A DNA stretch of 64,000 bases from Schizochytrium sp. TIO01 (taxonomy: Eukaryota > Protista > Bigyra: Labyrinthulomycetes): the NCBI GenBank assembly GCA_004764695.1, contig SMSO01000032.1, positions 5,798,483 to 5,862,482 on the forward strand, in the 5' to 3' direction. A program made the translations under genes and the position numbers. This document shows positions 19,798 to 30,488 of the stretch, in pieces (position 1 is the first letter of the stretch; every line of letters begins with the position of its first letter). The notes under the pieces were generated by a model. The model was not told the origin of the DNA, did not search any database, and saw only the letters and a list, made by a program, of their open reading frames with translations.

Positions 19798-20976
19798 ATG
19801 CCCTTAAACGCGGATATATTTGTTATCCAAGGAGCTCCCATTAGTGAGGAAATTTGGAAGTGGTTTAATGAAGCCGACCAACATTTTTATATCAATGAAT
19901 ATAACTATATGGCACAAGAATTATTACCCAGATTTGTACAAAACCTGTTTAAAGACCTTGATCCATCACTCTCTGCCACAGGAAAGAACGACGAATCGCC
20001 AATTAATGGATTCAGCGCGTTAGATGTGAATGATGATCCTCAACCAAAGTATGACTATGGTGGTAGTGAGGAATTTAACAGTTCCGATAATAACAGCCTA
20101 CTAAATACCAAGGATCATCACCAGTTGAGACCTATCAGAAGAAGATTTAATGAATTTACTGCATATGATTTCATGACTATGATGGAGGCTTTCATGGACC
20201 TTGCATCGGGTATTTCAAAAAACCCCGAACACTGGCTTGATCCGATAACAGAACCTCCAAGTGTCATTTTGGAATTTATCCAGAATAATCTGAAGAATGC
20301 TTTGCTGTATTGGTGTCTCACACGAGGACATGAAGAAAGAATGTTCAGGGAACTTGACGTCGATCTATACGACTCAGCACAGGGTGCAACGAACAGATGT
20401 TATCATTATAAATGCTATTACATGTACAAAGAAATCAATGAACGTTTCCGTTCCTTAGAGAAAGACTTCCGCAAAATTGTTTTCAATAACAATGAGCCAT
20501 ACTCTCGCTGGACAGAACTCACAGGACTTGGATGCACAATTGATGAAATCAAAACTTATATCCGCAAAGTGTACACAGGTGACCTTGATGGCTTCATACT
20601 GGATACTATCGCAATGATTCAGGACAAAGCAGTAACATCCAATCATGAAAAACTAGCACAACTCCTCCGGCTACAGAAACTCAATGTAATTGATTTCAAG
20701 AGCAGCTCTTTGGGTCCATATGAAGCATGGCGCTATCTCTATCCAACATACTTTGACTCTGTAGAGGACCGATTTGATGATTTCTTCAAAGCCTTTCCCA
20801 CCCAGTGTATAATGTTTTTCCTTGATAATTACTTACACACATCATTTGATATTGCTTCATACACAATGTACAACCTGGTTGTACGGAGAGACTCTTTGAA
20901 AAGTGATAAAATTGTTTCACTATTATCAATGAAACAAATTCAAAGACGTGCGTATAAATGGTATAATGAATCATAG
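19798..20976 (+). CDS. hypothetical protein
   Basis: Long ORF; likely ATG at 19798 because the upstream extension overlaps ATG8 antisense. Confidence 0.7.
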   Translation: MPLNADIFVIQGAPISEEIWKWFNEADQHFYINEYNYMAQELLPRFVQNLFKDLDPSLSATGKNDESPINGFSALDVNDDPQPKYDYGGSEEFNSSDNNSLLNTKDHHQLRPIRRRFNEFTAYDFMTMMEAFMDLASGISKNPEHWLDPITEPPSVILEFIQNNLKNALLYWCLTRGHEERMFRELDVDLYDSAQGATNRCYHYKCYYMYKEINERFRSLEKDFRKIVFNNNEPYSRWTELTGLGCTIDEIKTYIRKVYTGDLDGFILDTIAMIQDKAVTSNHEKLAQLLRLQKLNVIDFKSSSLGPYEAWRYLYPTYFDSVEDRFDDFFKAFPTQCIMFFLDNYLHTSFDIASYTMYNLVVRRDSLKSDKIVSLLSMKQIQRRAYKWYNES

Positions 20977-20981
20977 TAAAT

Positions 20982-22718
20982 TTATTCTTCCATATAGTTG
21001 CCATCATCACTGCTATAGTATTCTACCGATTCTGTGTCAGTCATGATTTCATCATTTTGAAGGAAGGAGACAACTTTCCGATGGCCTTGACAATCTCTGC
21101 TTACACAACATGCGTTACACAGATTAAGTTTACAATTTGACACCGTACGGCTACCACAAACACAAGTGTACCGGCTATTTAACTGACAAGTTGCCTTAAT
21201 GTGCAATTGAATAGTATCAGCAAGATACAAACGAGAGCTCTCACTCTGAGCCTTCATACGCACATATGCTCTGTATAAATCAACGATAGAGAACCGTTCC
21301 ATGAGCATTGCAAGAGACTTGCATCTTCTGCGCAGCATATCTTGGTCAAACGGATAAGAGATAGGCAGAACTACTCCTTGTAGTAATTCCCGAAAGTACA
21401 CTCGAAATTGAGCAATACTTTGACCCGGACACACACCACCTCTATCAAAATCAAGATACAATGCTAACGTATCATAGACCTGGTCTATTGCCCTTTGATA
21501 CTCATGAATAACCTTCTGGTTATTCTCTGAATTGGGGTTGACTAACATACATTGTAACTCACTACTGGATTGCAAATGTAGCTTACACTCTGTCATTGAA
21601 AATGAGGAATATACTACCGAGCACCTATAACATTCACAGCATTCAAGAACGGTCCTGCGCATTTGCCTGTTTAACTCTGCAGACGCAAAGTTGATACCAT
21701 TCACGTATGGAATACATGCCTTCATGTTATTCATAAACTGATCAATGTCAAAAGAACCCATCTTGGTTTTGTATTTATTTAAAATCATCTTCCAATATTC
21801 TGTACCCGAGCAACGCTTAGCATTACTACCATGAGCTGGTATGCATAATCCATGATACCAGAAACACTCCCATGTTAGAAAGTTATCCTCACTTTTATAA
21901 ACATAAGGAAGGATTTCTTTCACATACCGATCGGCAAGTCGTGCTGTGATGTCGCCTACCCAACTCTGCATTTCTGTAATGAATGAAATAACAGACTGCT
22001 CTGCCTCTGTCACATCATAATCATAGTTACTCAGAATACTATCAATTTCCTCACAATACAATTCACCAATATCAATACGACGAAATGAAGTGTTAAAGTT
22101 GAACTTAATAAATGCATTCTCAAAGAATGCCTTTCCAATCCGTTCCCTCGATGCAACTATGCGGAAATATTGTAAATGCAAACGACTGGCTTGGCTCTCT
22201 ATTTCATCGGCTTGAAGCATTGTAGTGAGGGTAGGGTGCTGCCGTGGAACCAACAACCCACCGTTGGCCAGGAATCCTACCAAGCTTAATTTACCAGGTT
22301 TTATGATATACCTCATTTGAGAAGGACAGTACTGTCCCATATCTTTGTACCCATCATTCATACTATAGATGAAAATACGTAACTTTGACTTTACGCAAGC
22401 GTTGTGGGCATAGATACCAAACATCTTATCAAATGTACCATTCACATAACGTTTTTGACAAAGTGCACACACATTATTACAAGCATACTCAAATGACAAA
22501 ACAGTTGTTAATCCTTCATTAAAACAAAATGAGTATGGGTTTTTCAAAAAGTTAAATGGGTTCACTGGTGGGATCTCGTTGAAAGCTTCCTTACTTGTCA
22601 TACGTAAATGGTGAATAGTCAACGCATTTAAATAAGGTGCTATGTTTTCGCGAAGAATGGTTAAAGGTAGCACCGGGTTTACTCTCATGACGTTCATTAC
22701 TACATCAGGCTCAAACAT
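20982..22718 (-). CDS. F-box protein with C-terminal Cys/His zinc cluster
   Basis: LPLTILRENIAPYLNALTIHHLRMTSKE fits the F-box consensus; CVCG...CKLNLCNACC...CQGH; GGCAAACCCGTAA 8 nt before ATG 22718. Confidence 0.6.
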   Translation of the reverse strand: MFEPDVVMNVMRVNPVLPLTILRENIAPYLNALTIHHLRMTSKEAFNEIPPVNPFNFLKNPYSFCFNEGLTTVLSFEYACNNVCALCQKRYVNGTFDKMFGIYAHNACVKSKLRIFIYSMNDGYKDMGQYCPSQMRYIIKPGKLSLVGFLANGGLLVPRQHPTLTTMLQADEIESQASRLHLQYFRIVASRERIGKAFFENAFIKFNFNTSFRRIDIGELYCEEIDSILSNYDYDVTEAEQSVISFITEMQSWVGDITARLADRYVKEILPYVYKSEDNFLTWECFWYHGLCIPAHGSNAKRCSGTEYWKMILNKYKTKMGSFDIDQFMNNMKACIPYVNGINFASAELNRQMRRTVLECCECYRCSVVYSSFSMTECKLHLQSSSELQCMLVNPNSENNQKVIHEYQRAIDQVYDTLALYLDFDRGGVCPGQSIAQFRVYFRELLQGVVLPISYPFDQDMLRRRCKSLAMLMERFSIVDLYRAYVRMKAQSESSRLYLADTIQLHIKATCQLNSRYTCVCGSRTVSNCKLNLCNACCVSRDCQGHRKVVSFLQNDEIMTDTESVEYYSSDDGNYMEE

Positions 22719-22811
22719 ACTTCCTGTTACGGGTTTGCCTTTGTATATCGTCAACCTATTTTATTTTATATTGAAACGCTTAATCAATGCTAATAAATAA
22801 TGTTCTAGGTT

Positions 22812-23330
22812 TTACGGAAGTAACTGGCTTTTTATGTTGAGTATTTCGCATAGACAATCATAGTCGCTTATGAGAGTTTAGTGAAAAAAGCCGACACGGT
22901 GATACTGGCCGGTTTAATCGACTAGCACACTCTAGTCTCGATTATAAATAAAAAACTTGTAGTATTCGAAAAATCACAAGTAGCACTGGGTCCCTACCCT
23001 CGGGTGCCGCGAAATTGATGAATCTTTGATAGGAGTTAATATGGTGGGGGTAGAATAGACATGCAATTATCGATTTTGAAATCCCAAATATTCAAATTCT
23101 CAACCCAAAACTCCAACTCTCCCATAGTAAAGTGACTTTTCGCTGCAGAAAATCTAGATAGAGACCCATGCACTTTTCAAAAAGGTATCGCTTTTATCGC
23201 TTTTATCACTTTTATCGCTTTTATTAGGGGTCATCGTATAAGTTACAAATGATACTAGGAGGTATTAACAAGTTTGTAATAACCGGGGACGTTCATAGTC
23301 AACAAGAGTGCTATAATTATTACTATAAAA
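22812..23330 (+). repeat. dispersed structured repeat, copy A (4x ATCGCTTTT-type 9-mer at 23187-23222)
   Basis: Near-identical to copy B (direct) and copies C-E (inverted); boundaries approximate. Confidence 0.95.
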
Positions 23331-23409
23331 TAACTGACCTATTTTAAATGGTTTATTTTAGCCTTAAAATAATACACTCATTATCAATCACCAAACACCA
23401 AACTCCAAG

Positions 23410-24666
23410 ATGCAATGTATGAATGAATGCGAACTGAAGGCACGTGAATATTATCATTTCCGCGCCTTGAAGTATGCTATATGCGATGGATCAAACACGG
23501 CTCACATTCAGAAGTGCTTTCAATCACTCAAGGACTATCGCGCACGCATTGCACACACCAAGAGCATGGAGCTTCGTAAATTATTCGAGTGCTTACCTCA
23601 AGAAGTAAAGCGACAAAGATATAATTGTCGTATGATATTTGCTGAGTTTGATCGTCAGATTGATGGTGAAACATTTAGTCGCACCACGTTTTGTGTTGGT
23701 TTCGGTAGGGATTTTGACATGTTTACACCGATTACATTGGAGGCCTTTCATATTGGAATGCAGAGACTCCCGCGCGTTACCTCCAAATTTCATTTTACTA
23801 CCAATGAACCTATAGAATACGTAGCTATTTCATTTACCTGTATAAAAAACCACCACTCTCTTATACCCAACACATTACTTCCCTTCCTTTTTCCAGCGTT
23901 CGTTCCACTGATGGAAGTAGTGTCTTTCCCGGAAGATTATCAGACAATCGATAGGTACTCATCGTTTCAAGCATCAGAATTTTGCACACGAGCACACGCG
24001 GTTAATGCATTTGATTTATCTTTCTATAGCAACGAACTATACAAATGTACGTATGAATGGATAGAGAGGAAACTTACACACCCCGTCAGGATCCTTCGAT
24101 TATCCTTTTACAAAAAGGAATTATACGATAAAGACATAGATAGAATTATTGAACACTGTGTACACATCACAAAACCTCGATTTCTACGAATTAAGTTATC
24201 ACTATATAGGTATAAGAATGATACTGTGAATATCATACCTTTACTTCACGTTTTGATGCGAATCATCACAAACTGGCCATGTGACGTTCAACTAATAGTT
24301 GAATCGTGCTTTGATCTCGATTCAGTGTGGCTCGCTTCATGTATAAACTTAAGCCCACATTACCCTTTTCGAATCACGCTAAAGCATATTCACCCCACTT
24401 TGCTGCATAGCGAACAACACTACACACGTAAACTAGTTGTTGTCAACATGGCCAATGAATGTTTGAAGAGGGAAATTAAGCTACATTCCTTGCGACTACA
24501 TTGTGCGTCTAAGTTCTTCACATTTGGCCAGCTCCCATATGATGGACCTATGGAGACTATCACGCAATGCTTTAGCGCATGTGCGTACTATAACCGCCAC
24601 TTCCCAGAAGTGTCTGCGTATCTCGGAGGCGAGTTTCCTCAACGTCCAATTTCAATACAATCTTAA
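23410..24666 (+). CDS. hypothetical protein (cargo between repeats A and B)
   Basis: 418-aa ATG ORF with no recognisable motif. Confidence 0.7.
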   Translation: MQCMNECELKAREYYHFRALKYAICDGSNTAHIQKCFQSLKDYRARIAHTKSMELRKLFECLPQEVKRQRYNCRMIFAEFDRQIDGETFSRTTFCVGFGRDFDMFTPITLEAFHIGMQRLPRVTSKFHFTTNEPIEYVAISFTCIKNHHSLIPNTLLPFLFPAFVPLMEVVSFPEDYQTIDRYSSFQASEFCTRAHAVNAFDLSFYSNELYKCTYEWIERKLTHPVRILRLSFYKKELYDKDIDRIIEHCVHITKPRFLRIKLSLYRYKNDTVNIIPLLHVLMRIITNWPCDVQLIVESCFDLDSVWLASCINLSPHYPFRITLKHIHPTLLHSEQHYTRKLVVVNMANECLKREIKLHSLRLHCASKFFTFGQLPYDGPMETITQCFSACAYYNRHFPEVSAYLGGEFPQRPISIQS

Positions 24667-24749
24667 CCACTCAATTATGATATTTTAAAAAGTGATTCTT
24701 TAGAGTGCTATTAGCAAAGGGTTTATTTTTTTTACAAATTGTACCTTTA

Positions 24750-25290
24750 AATGTAATATTATATTTTTTTGTCTTTTGAAGAAACGCCATTCTCTTAATG
24801 ATAATCTCCACTATCGGAAGACGTTTTTAGTCGGAAGTATCTGGCTTTTTCCGTTTCAATACTCATTACATAAAACTCCGAGAAGACTTGCTCTGGAGAG
24901 TTAAAAGAAAAAGCCGACACGGTGATACTGGCCGGTTTAACCGACTAGCACACTCTAGTCTCGATTATAAATAAAAAACTTGTAGTATTCGAAAAATCAC
25001 AAGTAGCCCTGGGTCCCTACCCTCGGGTGCCGCGAAATTGATGAATCATTGATAGGAGTTTATATGGCGGGGGTAGAATAGACATGCAATTATCGATTTT
25101 GAAATCCCAAAAATTCAAATTCTCAACCCAAAACTCCAACTCCCCCATATTAAAGTGACTTTTCTCTGCAGAAAATCTAGATAGAGGCCCCTGTACCAAA
25201 AAATTAGGTATCGCTTTTATCGCTTTTATCGCTTTTATCGCTTTTATTAGGGGGGTATTGTCCAAGTCTGTTATTAAACGGAATTCCGAT
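24750..25290 (+). repeat. dispersed structured repeat, copy B (4x ATCGCTTTT at 25210-25245)
   Basis: Direct repeat of copy A; boundaries approximate. Confidence 0.95.
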
Positions 25291-25413
25291 AGGGGGTTTT
25301 GATTACACTCGAAGCAAGCAAAACCCGAACTACACACACTCGAGTGGCTTTTAGTGGCATCAAGTTATATACATTAGCTTTACGTGATAAGGAATATACT
25401 CTACTGACATAGC

Positions 25414-28400
25414 ATGAATAGCTTTCATTTCCCTACAGATGAGGTGTTCAACTCATCGAACATCCAATCAATTGAACCATCCAGTGATGGCACGCTACCC
25501 ACGTACTACTTCATTACGTTTCCGATGAAATGTTTTGTGCCGTGCCCGTCAACACTGCAAGAGCTCAAGGGCAATGGTGACTTGACCCAAAATGGCCTAG
25601 GTAACTGGGTTATGGCATTCTTCCTCATGTTCGTGGGGTTTGTGGAAAATGACTTTTATATACCTGAGAAAAAAAAGAACTGCGACAACAGCTCCAACGC
25701 AAACCCTCCTCCAGAGAACAACCTGGAGAATGAAGATGATGAGGACGTTGATAAGTCTTTTACAGCAACACTGGGTCGTTCTCGAGTTTACATGGAATAC
25801 ATTATCAATGATGCTTCTACGCCAGGAAACAACTTTGATGAGGTTTCTCTCATTGATTGCGTGGGTATCCGGTTTTGCTTTGCGTTTTACGGCGATGAGA
25901 CTGACCCGCGTAGAGCGTTGGAGAGACTTTTTCGCCATATAGCTGCTGAACGGACAAAGAGAAGAAGTCGTGGATCAAACCAAAAGCCTGCTGCTACCGC
26001 TCGCGCAGGAAGCAGCCACCCAAGTATCCTCCGCCATGACCAGGCTATCCAAGACTGGATGTCTTATGGTCAGACCGCCCTTGGGTATCTCGAATGTTTC
26101 AATCCGGATATATTAGAACAGGTTTTGCCCAACGGATGTCCTCTCTTTGGAAGTTTGGTAGATTTCGACCAAGTATTTGGCCACGATGCATCAATCGATA
26201 TCCTTGAGCGTCAGCCTGACGATGGTGTCAAAGTGGATGTGCGTCAGCGTTCAAACCCGATAAGCAACACCGGAACGCTTTGTTTTGGCATTCCTGCATT
26301 GGTGTACAGGTTCAATAGTCCGTGGGTGAACCGAGTGGCTATGCTTTATACAAACCTGCCACGTTCGCTTGCTTGGGAAAGCAAGCCACGAGAGATTCAG
26401 GTTGCCCAAGGAGCACTCATGTCCTCCTTCCGCTCATTGAATTCTCCCAATACAGAGACTTTCTTTAGAAACATGCTAATGATGCAGGAAAATAAGAATG
26501 ATCTACTAGACATTAGTAAAATGATGCAAAAACGCATCAGATCACTGAACTGTATTGAAGATAGCGCAGAACGCGTACGACTCAAGCAGCTCTATAGGCA
26601 TGATGCTGTGAAGCGTGCCCAGCGTATTTGGAATGAGAATGCCAATATCTCAAAGTCCATAAAGAAGATCGTCAAATGGACAGAAGAGAATGAGACGTGG
26701 ACCACACCACCGAAATATCAACGCATGGTTGATAATCATTCTCTGACCAGTTTTGGAAACATGGTTGCTCGTACTTTTTACTGTTACGAGTTTGACTTTG
26801 ATGTTCTTTCCAATCATGATATTTTGTTTTTTGTCATGGTTTGTGCACACAATGCTTATCAGTACAAACTCGAAAGTCTCCATCTCAATCCAATTTTACT
26901 CGGAGCGGGTACTATTGGAAAATCATTTATTTTGAACAAAATTAGTAAGATGTTCATTGACGGGACGGTAGAAGCCAACACCAACGTCACGGAGAAGGCA
27001 TTTGCGTTAGGAGAAAACAAGAATGATCACATTACATTGTATCACGAACTTCCCCAACGCATGCTTACCACAAAGGGTCGCGCTGGAGCGGGTGACACGG
27101 GAGATACCATTTTTAAGGACCTACTCACTAACGGTTTTGTCACAACTGTGCAACCGATGGTAACTGATGATAATCAACGCATTGAGCTGACATTCAAGTC
27201 CGAACGTGTAGGTTGTTTTATCTCAGCTACAAACGAAAGAGAAGACAACATGCATGAGTCATTACATTCTCGCTTTGTGTGTATTACAGTGAACGAGCGC
27301 CAGCGCCACGGTGTCACTATGTTGGATAAACAAATCTCATCGATTGAAATTGAAGAGGCCAGTAATTCGGCGCGAGCAGAGTTACACCGAGCCGGTTTGC
27401 TTCACCGTACCAGAGCGCGTCAAGCTATGGTTGCCATGGTAGAGCGTGCGATCGTCATTGGATTATTGGACGAACCTGATCTTTCTATTGCACAACACGG
27501 CGTGTCAAAGGCTGTTCAAGTTATCACAACAAAAGTTATGAAAGGCGCCGAGTACAATAATCGTGAAATCACAAACATTATTCTGTTTGCACGAACATTA
27601 ACAATTATGCACGCATGCGAACGCTTTGCCAATGACACAACATCACCTGGATACAACAAGCCCTTTTCCTACAAAAACCTCTTACCTATTCAGGATTATT
27701 TGGTCTGTACGGAGGAAATTGCAGTTTTTACATTATCATATTTTTTTGAACGCTTGCTTCAAGGAAACGCCATCAAAACAATGGTTTTACTGCTTAACAG
27801 CGTCAAGTCTGATCTTCAGCGCCACCCCGATAATAACAACCTTATGGTGAATGATACGTGCTACTATTATACCCCACCCAACTACAGGACTAGACACGCC
27901 ATCTACAGTAAGATGATGGCGACATCCTCTATCCTAGGTAGGTCCGGAGAAGAAAAGTTGAGTAAGGAAAATATCATGGTGTGCTTTAATAAATTGATGA
28001 AGATGTCACACAATGGTGAGTCCATTCTGAGGTACGAAGATCACAACGGAACCATCTATTTGAACAGGCATTATGTTGATGCTAACTTTGTTGTGGATAA
28101 AGAAACGGGGTTTTTCAAGAGTAAACGAAATTTCTTCGAGACCTTCAAATATGTTGTTAAACACGCATTCTCCCATAAGCATCAAAAGCCAACCAAGAAC
28201 GCCATCCTAGCTTTTGTGCGTGACCACGATTATCCATTTGTGTTGGAAACCATGGACCTAGGGGTGGACAAACTTGACAGTTATATAACCACCAAAAACT
28301 TTAGCTGTGAACTGGATGTAAACACAGAGGATCACTTTGTCAGAGGAGACCAAGTTTTTGTTAGTGGATCATCCTTTCAGTTTAGAGTGGACTTGCAAGA

Positions 28401-28668
28401 CCTCACCTATACAGAATACTACAACAGGCACCACGATCATGATCCGACCGACTATTCTCTGATTGATAGTCATGAAAAATTGTCAACCATGCACAACCCT
28501 AGTTCATGTGAACCTATTATTCCCACAACTCACGACGGAGATTACGCCAAATACCCAGAGTCTATGCTTTCTGCTTACAAACGGGTACACAAAAGAAAGT
28601 ATCAGGGTGATGAGGAACATAACAAAAGAGCCAGACTCGAAGATGATTCAGATGATGAACTTGAGTAA
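25414..28668 (+). CDS. large AAA+ ATPase, putative replicative helicase (MCM/SF3-like)
   Basis: Walker A GAGTIGKS, Walker B ITLYHE, sensor-1 FISATN, arginine finger SRF; 1084 aa. Confidence 0.75.
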   Translation: MNSFHFPTDEVFNSSNIQSIEPSSDGTLPTYYFITFPMKCFVPCPSTLQELKGNGDLTQNGLGNWVMAFFLMFVGFVENDFYIPEKKKNCDNSSNANPPPENNLENEDDEDVDKSFTATLGRSRVYMEYIINDASTPGNNFDEVSLIDCVGIRFCFAFYGDETDPRRALERLFRHIAAERTKRRSRGSNQKPAATARAGSSHPSILRHDQAIQDWMSYGQTALGYLECFNPDILEQVLPNGCPLFGSLVDFDQVFGHDASIDILERQPDDGVKVDVRQRSNPISNTGTLCFGIPALVYRFNSPWVNRVAMLYTNLPRSLAWESKPREIQVAQGALMSSFRSLNSPNTETFFRNMLMMQENKNDLLDISKMMQKRIRSLNCIEDSAERVRLKQLYRHDAVKRAQRIWNENANISKSIKKIVKWTEENETWTTPPKYQRMVDNHSLTSFGNMVARTFYCYEFDFDVLSNHDILFFVMVCAHNAYQYKLESLHLNPILLGAGTIGKSFILNKISKMFIDGTVEANTNVTEKAFALGENKNDHITLYHELPQRMLTTKGRAGAGDTGDTIFKDLLTNGFVTTVQPMVTDDNQRIELTFKSERVGCFISATNEREDNMHESLHSRFVCITVNERQRHGVTMLDKQISSIEIEEASNSARAELHRAGLLHRTRARQAMVAMVERAIVIGLLDEPDLSIAQHGVSKAVQVITTKVMKGAEYNNREITNIILFARTLTIMHACERFANDTTSPGYNKPFSYKNLLPIQDYLVCTEEIAVFTLSYFFERLLQGNAIKTMVLLLNSVKSDLQRHPDNNNLMVNDTCYYYTPPNYRTRHAIYSKMMATSSILGRSGEEKLSKENIMVCFNKLMKMSHNGESILRYEDHNGTIYLNRHYVDANFVVDKETGFFKSKRNFFETFKYVVKHAFSHKHQKPTKNAILAFVRDHDYPFVLETMDLGVDKLDSYITTKNFSCELDVNTEDHFVRGDQVFVSGSSFQFRVDLQDLTYTEYYNRHHDHDPTDYSLIDSHEKLSTMHNPSSCEPIIPTTHDGDYAKYPESMLSAYKRVHKRKYQGDEEHNKRARLEDDSDDELE

Positions 28669-28756
28669 GTGAATGAAGGGGACACTTGCTTTCTTATATG
28701 GAAATACAATCTTAGAAATATACCAATAAACAACATTCTACTTTCTCAATTTAAAC

Positions 28757-29467
28757 ATGTCAGTTAATTACGCGTCTCTACTCCGTACGAACCACCACGA
28801 GAAGTTACATACAGCAGGCCTCTCTCTTGGATTGGGATATGCCAAGCACTTTCATCAACCCACAAATGTGGTAGATAAGCGTAGCGTATACTTTTTGCGA
28901 GCAGACAACGCCCATATTTATTATATCGATCGGTCATTCACCTTTCCTATGGGGAAGAAGAAGGTGGAATGTAAAGTAAAGTGGCCCATCTTCAAGGTAG
29001 ATAAAATTGATCAATTGAATGATTCTGAACGGCATGTCCTGGAAACTCGCGTCAAGCGTATTGCTGAGAAGAGTCCTATTACTATCGACGAATTGTTTCG
29101 TAAGAATGATGTTTTCCTCTGTCTTTATCTCAAGGAGGAGCAGACTCTAAATCCCCCAACAGAAGTGGTAGCAAGTCGGGTCCAATCAAAGGACCCCAAC
29201 CCTTACATTAACTTTTATATTGTCAATAGTGCCGACTCACACGGGATTAATTCACTTACCTATGATTTGTGCTACACGTACTACCAGGAACTCAACGGAA
29301 AAATTCAAAAGCTAGAATCACAGACTAAGCTTAGTGATATAGACAAACTTGTACTATCCGTCAATAAGCTTGCTACAAGTGCATTCAACATCACCAAGAA
29401 TCATATGGTCCCGCCGCCCACTATCAATAATACGACTACTGATAACAATAATAGTCATGAGCCTACC

Positions 29468-29499
<32 letters not shown>

Positions 29500-29851
29500 A
29501 GAAAACTTTGTTCCTACCGCTTCTCCTATTGCTTCTGACATGATTTCAATTCCCAGTACTCAGACCTTTAGCCGTAAGGATCTTATCGGTATTCTAAGGG
29601 GAGCAACGGAACTAGGCGCTCTACCTCCGCCTCCCAAAGATTCGACGGTAGTTATGTATATCCCTAAGACTCTACCATTCATGCAGCCTCAGGATGAACA
29701 ATCTGTGCAATTGGCGCAAGCTTATGAAAATTGGACGCCACAGGTGCAGAATGAATCACACAATGCACCTGAGTCAGCAAACCCCAAACTCTCTGTAGAG
29801 ACAGCACCACCTCCTGTGCCGAGGGTGCAGGTCATCCCAGCAGGTCTGTAA
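28757..29851 (+). CDS. hypothetical protein with polyQ and Pro-rich tail
   Basis: 364-aa ORF; class-L-like CTTATATGGAAA at 28693-28704. Confidence 0.7.
29468..29500 (+). repeat. (CAG)9(CAA)2 microsatellite encoding Q11
   Basis: Read directly. Confidence 0.95.
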
Positions 29852-29852
29852 T

Positions 29853-30428
29853 ATGGCAACGACTACTGCAGAGATCTTATTTTACAAAGGTCAACTTGTC
29901 CAAATTGGACAAGGTTTTTATGAATACCCTGTTATAACAACATCAAAGGCTTCTTATAAAACAATAGAGGGCACTATTCGATGGGCAAGGAACATTGTAG
30001 CCTACAGACTTCAACGGGTTGGCATTGCTTGTCCCGAGGTTGTCAATGCAAGTACCTTCGAAGAATTGAGTTCGGCTCTTTTGAAAATATCCACTCCACA
30101 GATTAAGTTTCGATTTTGGTTCTCCAAGTGTCAAAAGGAGTTCTCTTCAGAAACTATATTCATTGGCTCATTTTTCAAGAATAGAGTTATTGAAATCTAT
30201 TTCACACCCATTATATCCGACAAAGACACAATCGAAGGCATCAGGAAAATACTTATACCACATCAAATCGACAAGGCAAAGAGTTTCTTAGAAGAGAACA
30301 ACATCAAGTTTGAAATTAATGATGACTACAAAGTACCTGAGACTGCATCAACACTCAAGAGACTTCAGGCGTGGATGGACGGTTTGTCCAATGATGGTTT
30401 GTGGTTTGCTATTGCGTACCAAAGCTAG
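29853..30428 (+). CDS. hypothetical protein
   Basis: 191-aa ATG ORF. Confidence 0.65.
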   Translation: MATTTAEILFYKGQLVQIGQGFYEYPVITTSKASYKTIEGTIRWARNIVAYRLQRVGIACPEVVNASTFEELSSALLKISTPQIKFRFWFSKCQKEFSSETIFIGSFFKNRVIEIYFTPIISDKDTIEGIRKILIPHQIDKAKSFLEENNIKFEINDDYKVPETASTLKRLQAWMDGLSNDGLWFAIAYQS

Positions 30429-30488
30429 CAAATGCATATATGACAAATTTAAGACAAGAGATGAAATTAAAAGTGAAAAAGAATTTCG

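Noticed and set aside
23187-23222. 9-bp arrays and dispersed repeats as a CRISPR array
   Set aside because: No unique spacers between units and no cas genes
22812-23330. Repeat as a MITE or IS element
   Set aside because: No terminal inverted repeats found by eye, ends are ragged between copies, and no transposase is present in the window
25017-25337. ORFs containing IKAIKAIKA/FYRFYRFY (also 40324-40530, the 5' extension of 39877-40398, and the repeat-derived 46208-46450)
   Set aside because: They are translations of the dispersed repeat; starts and stops differ between copies
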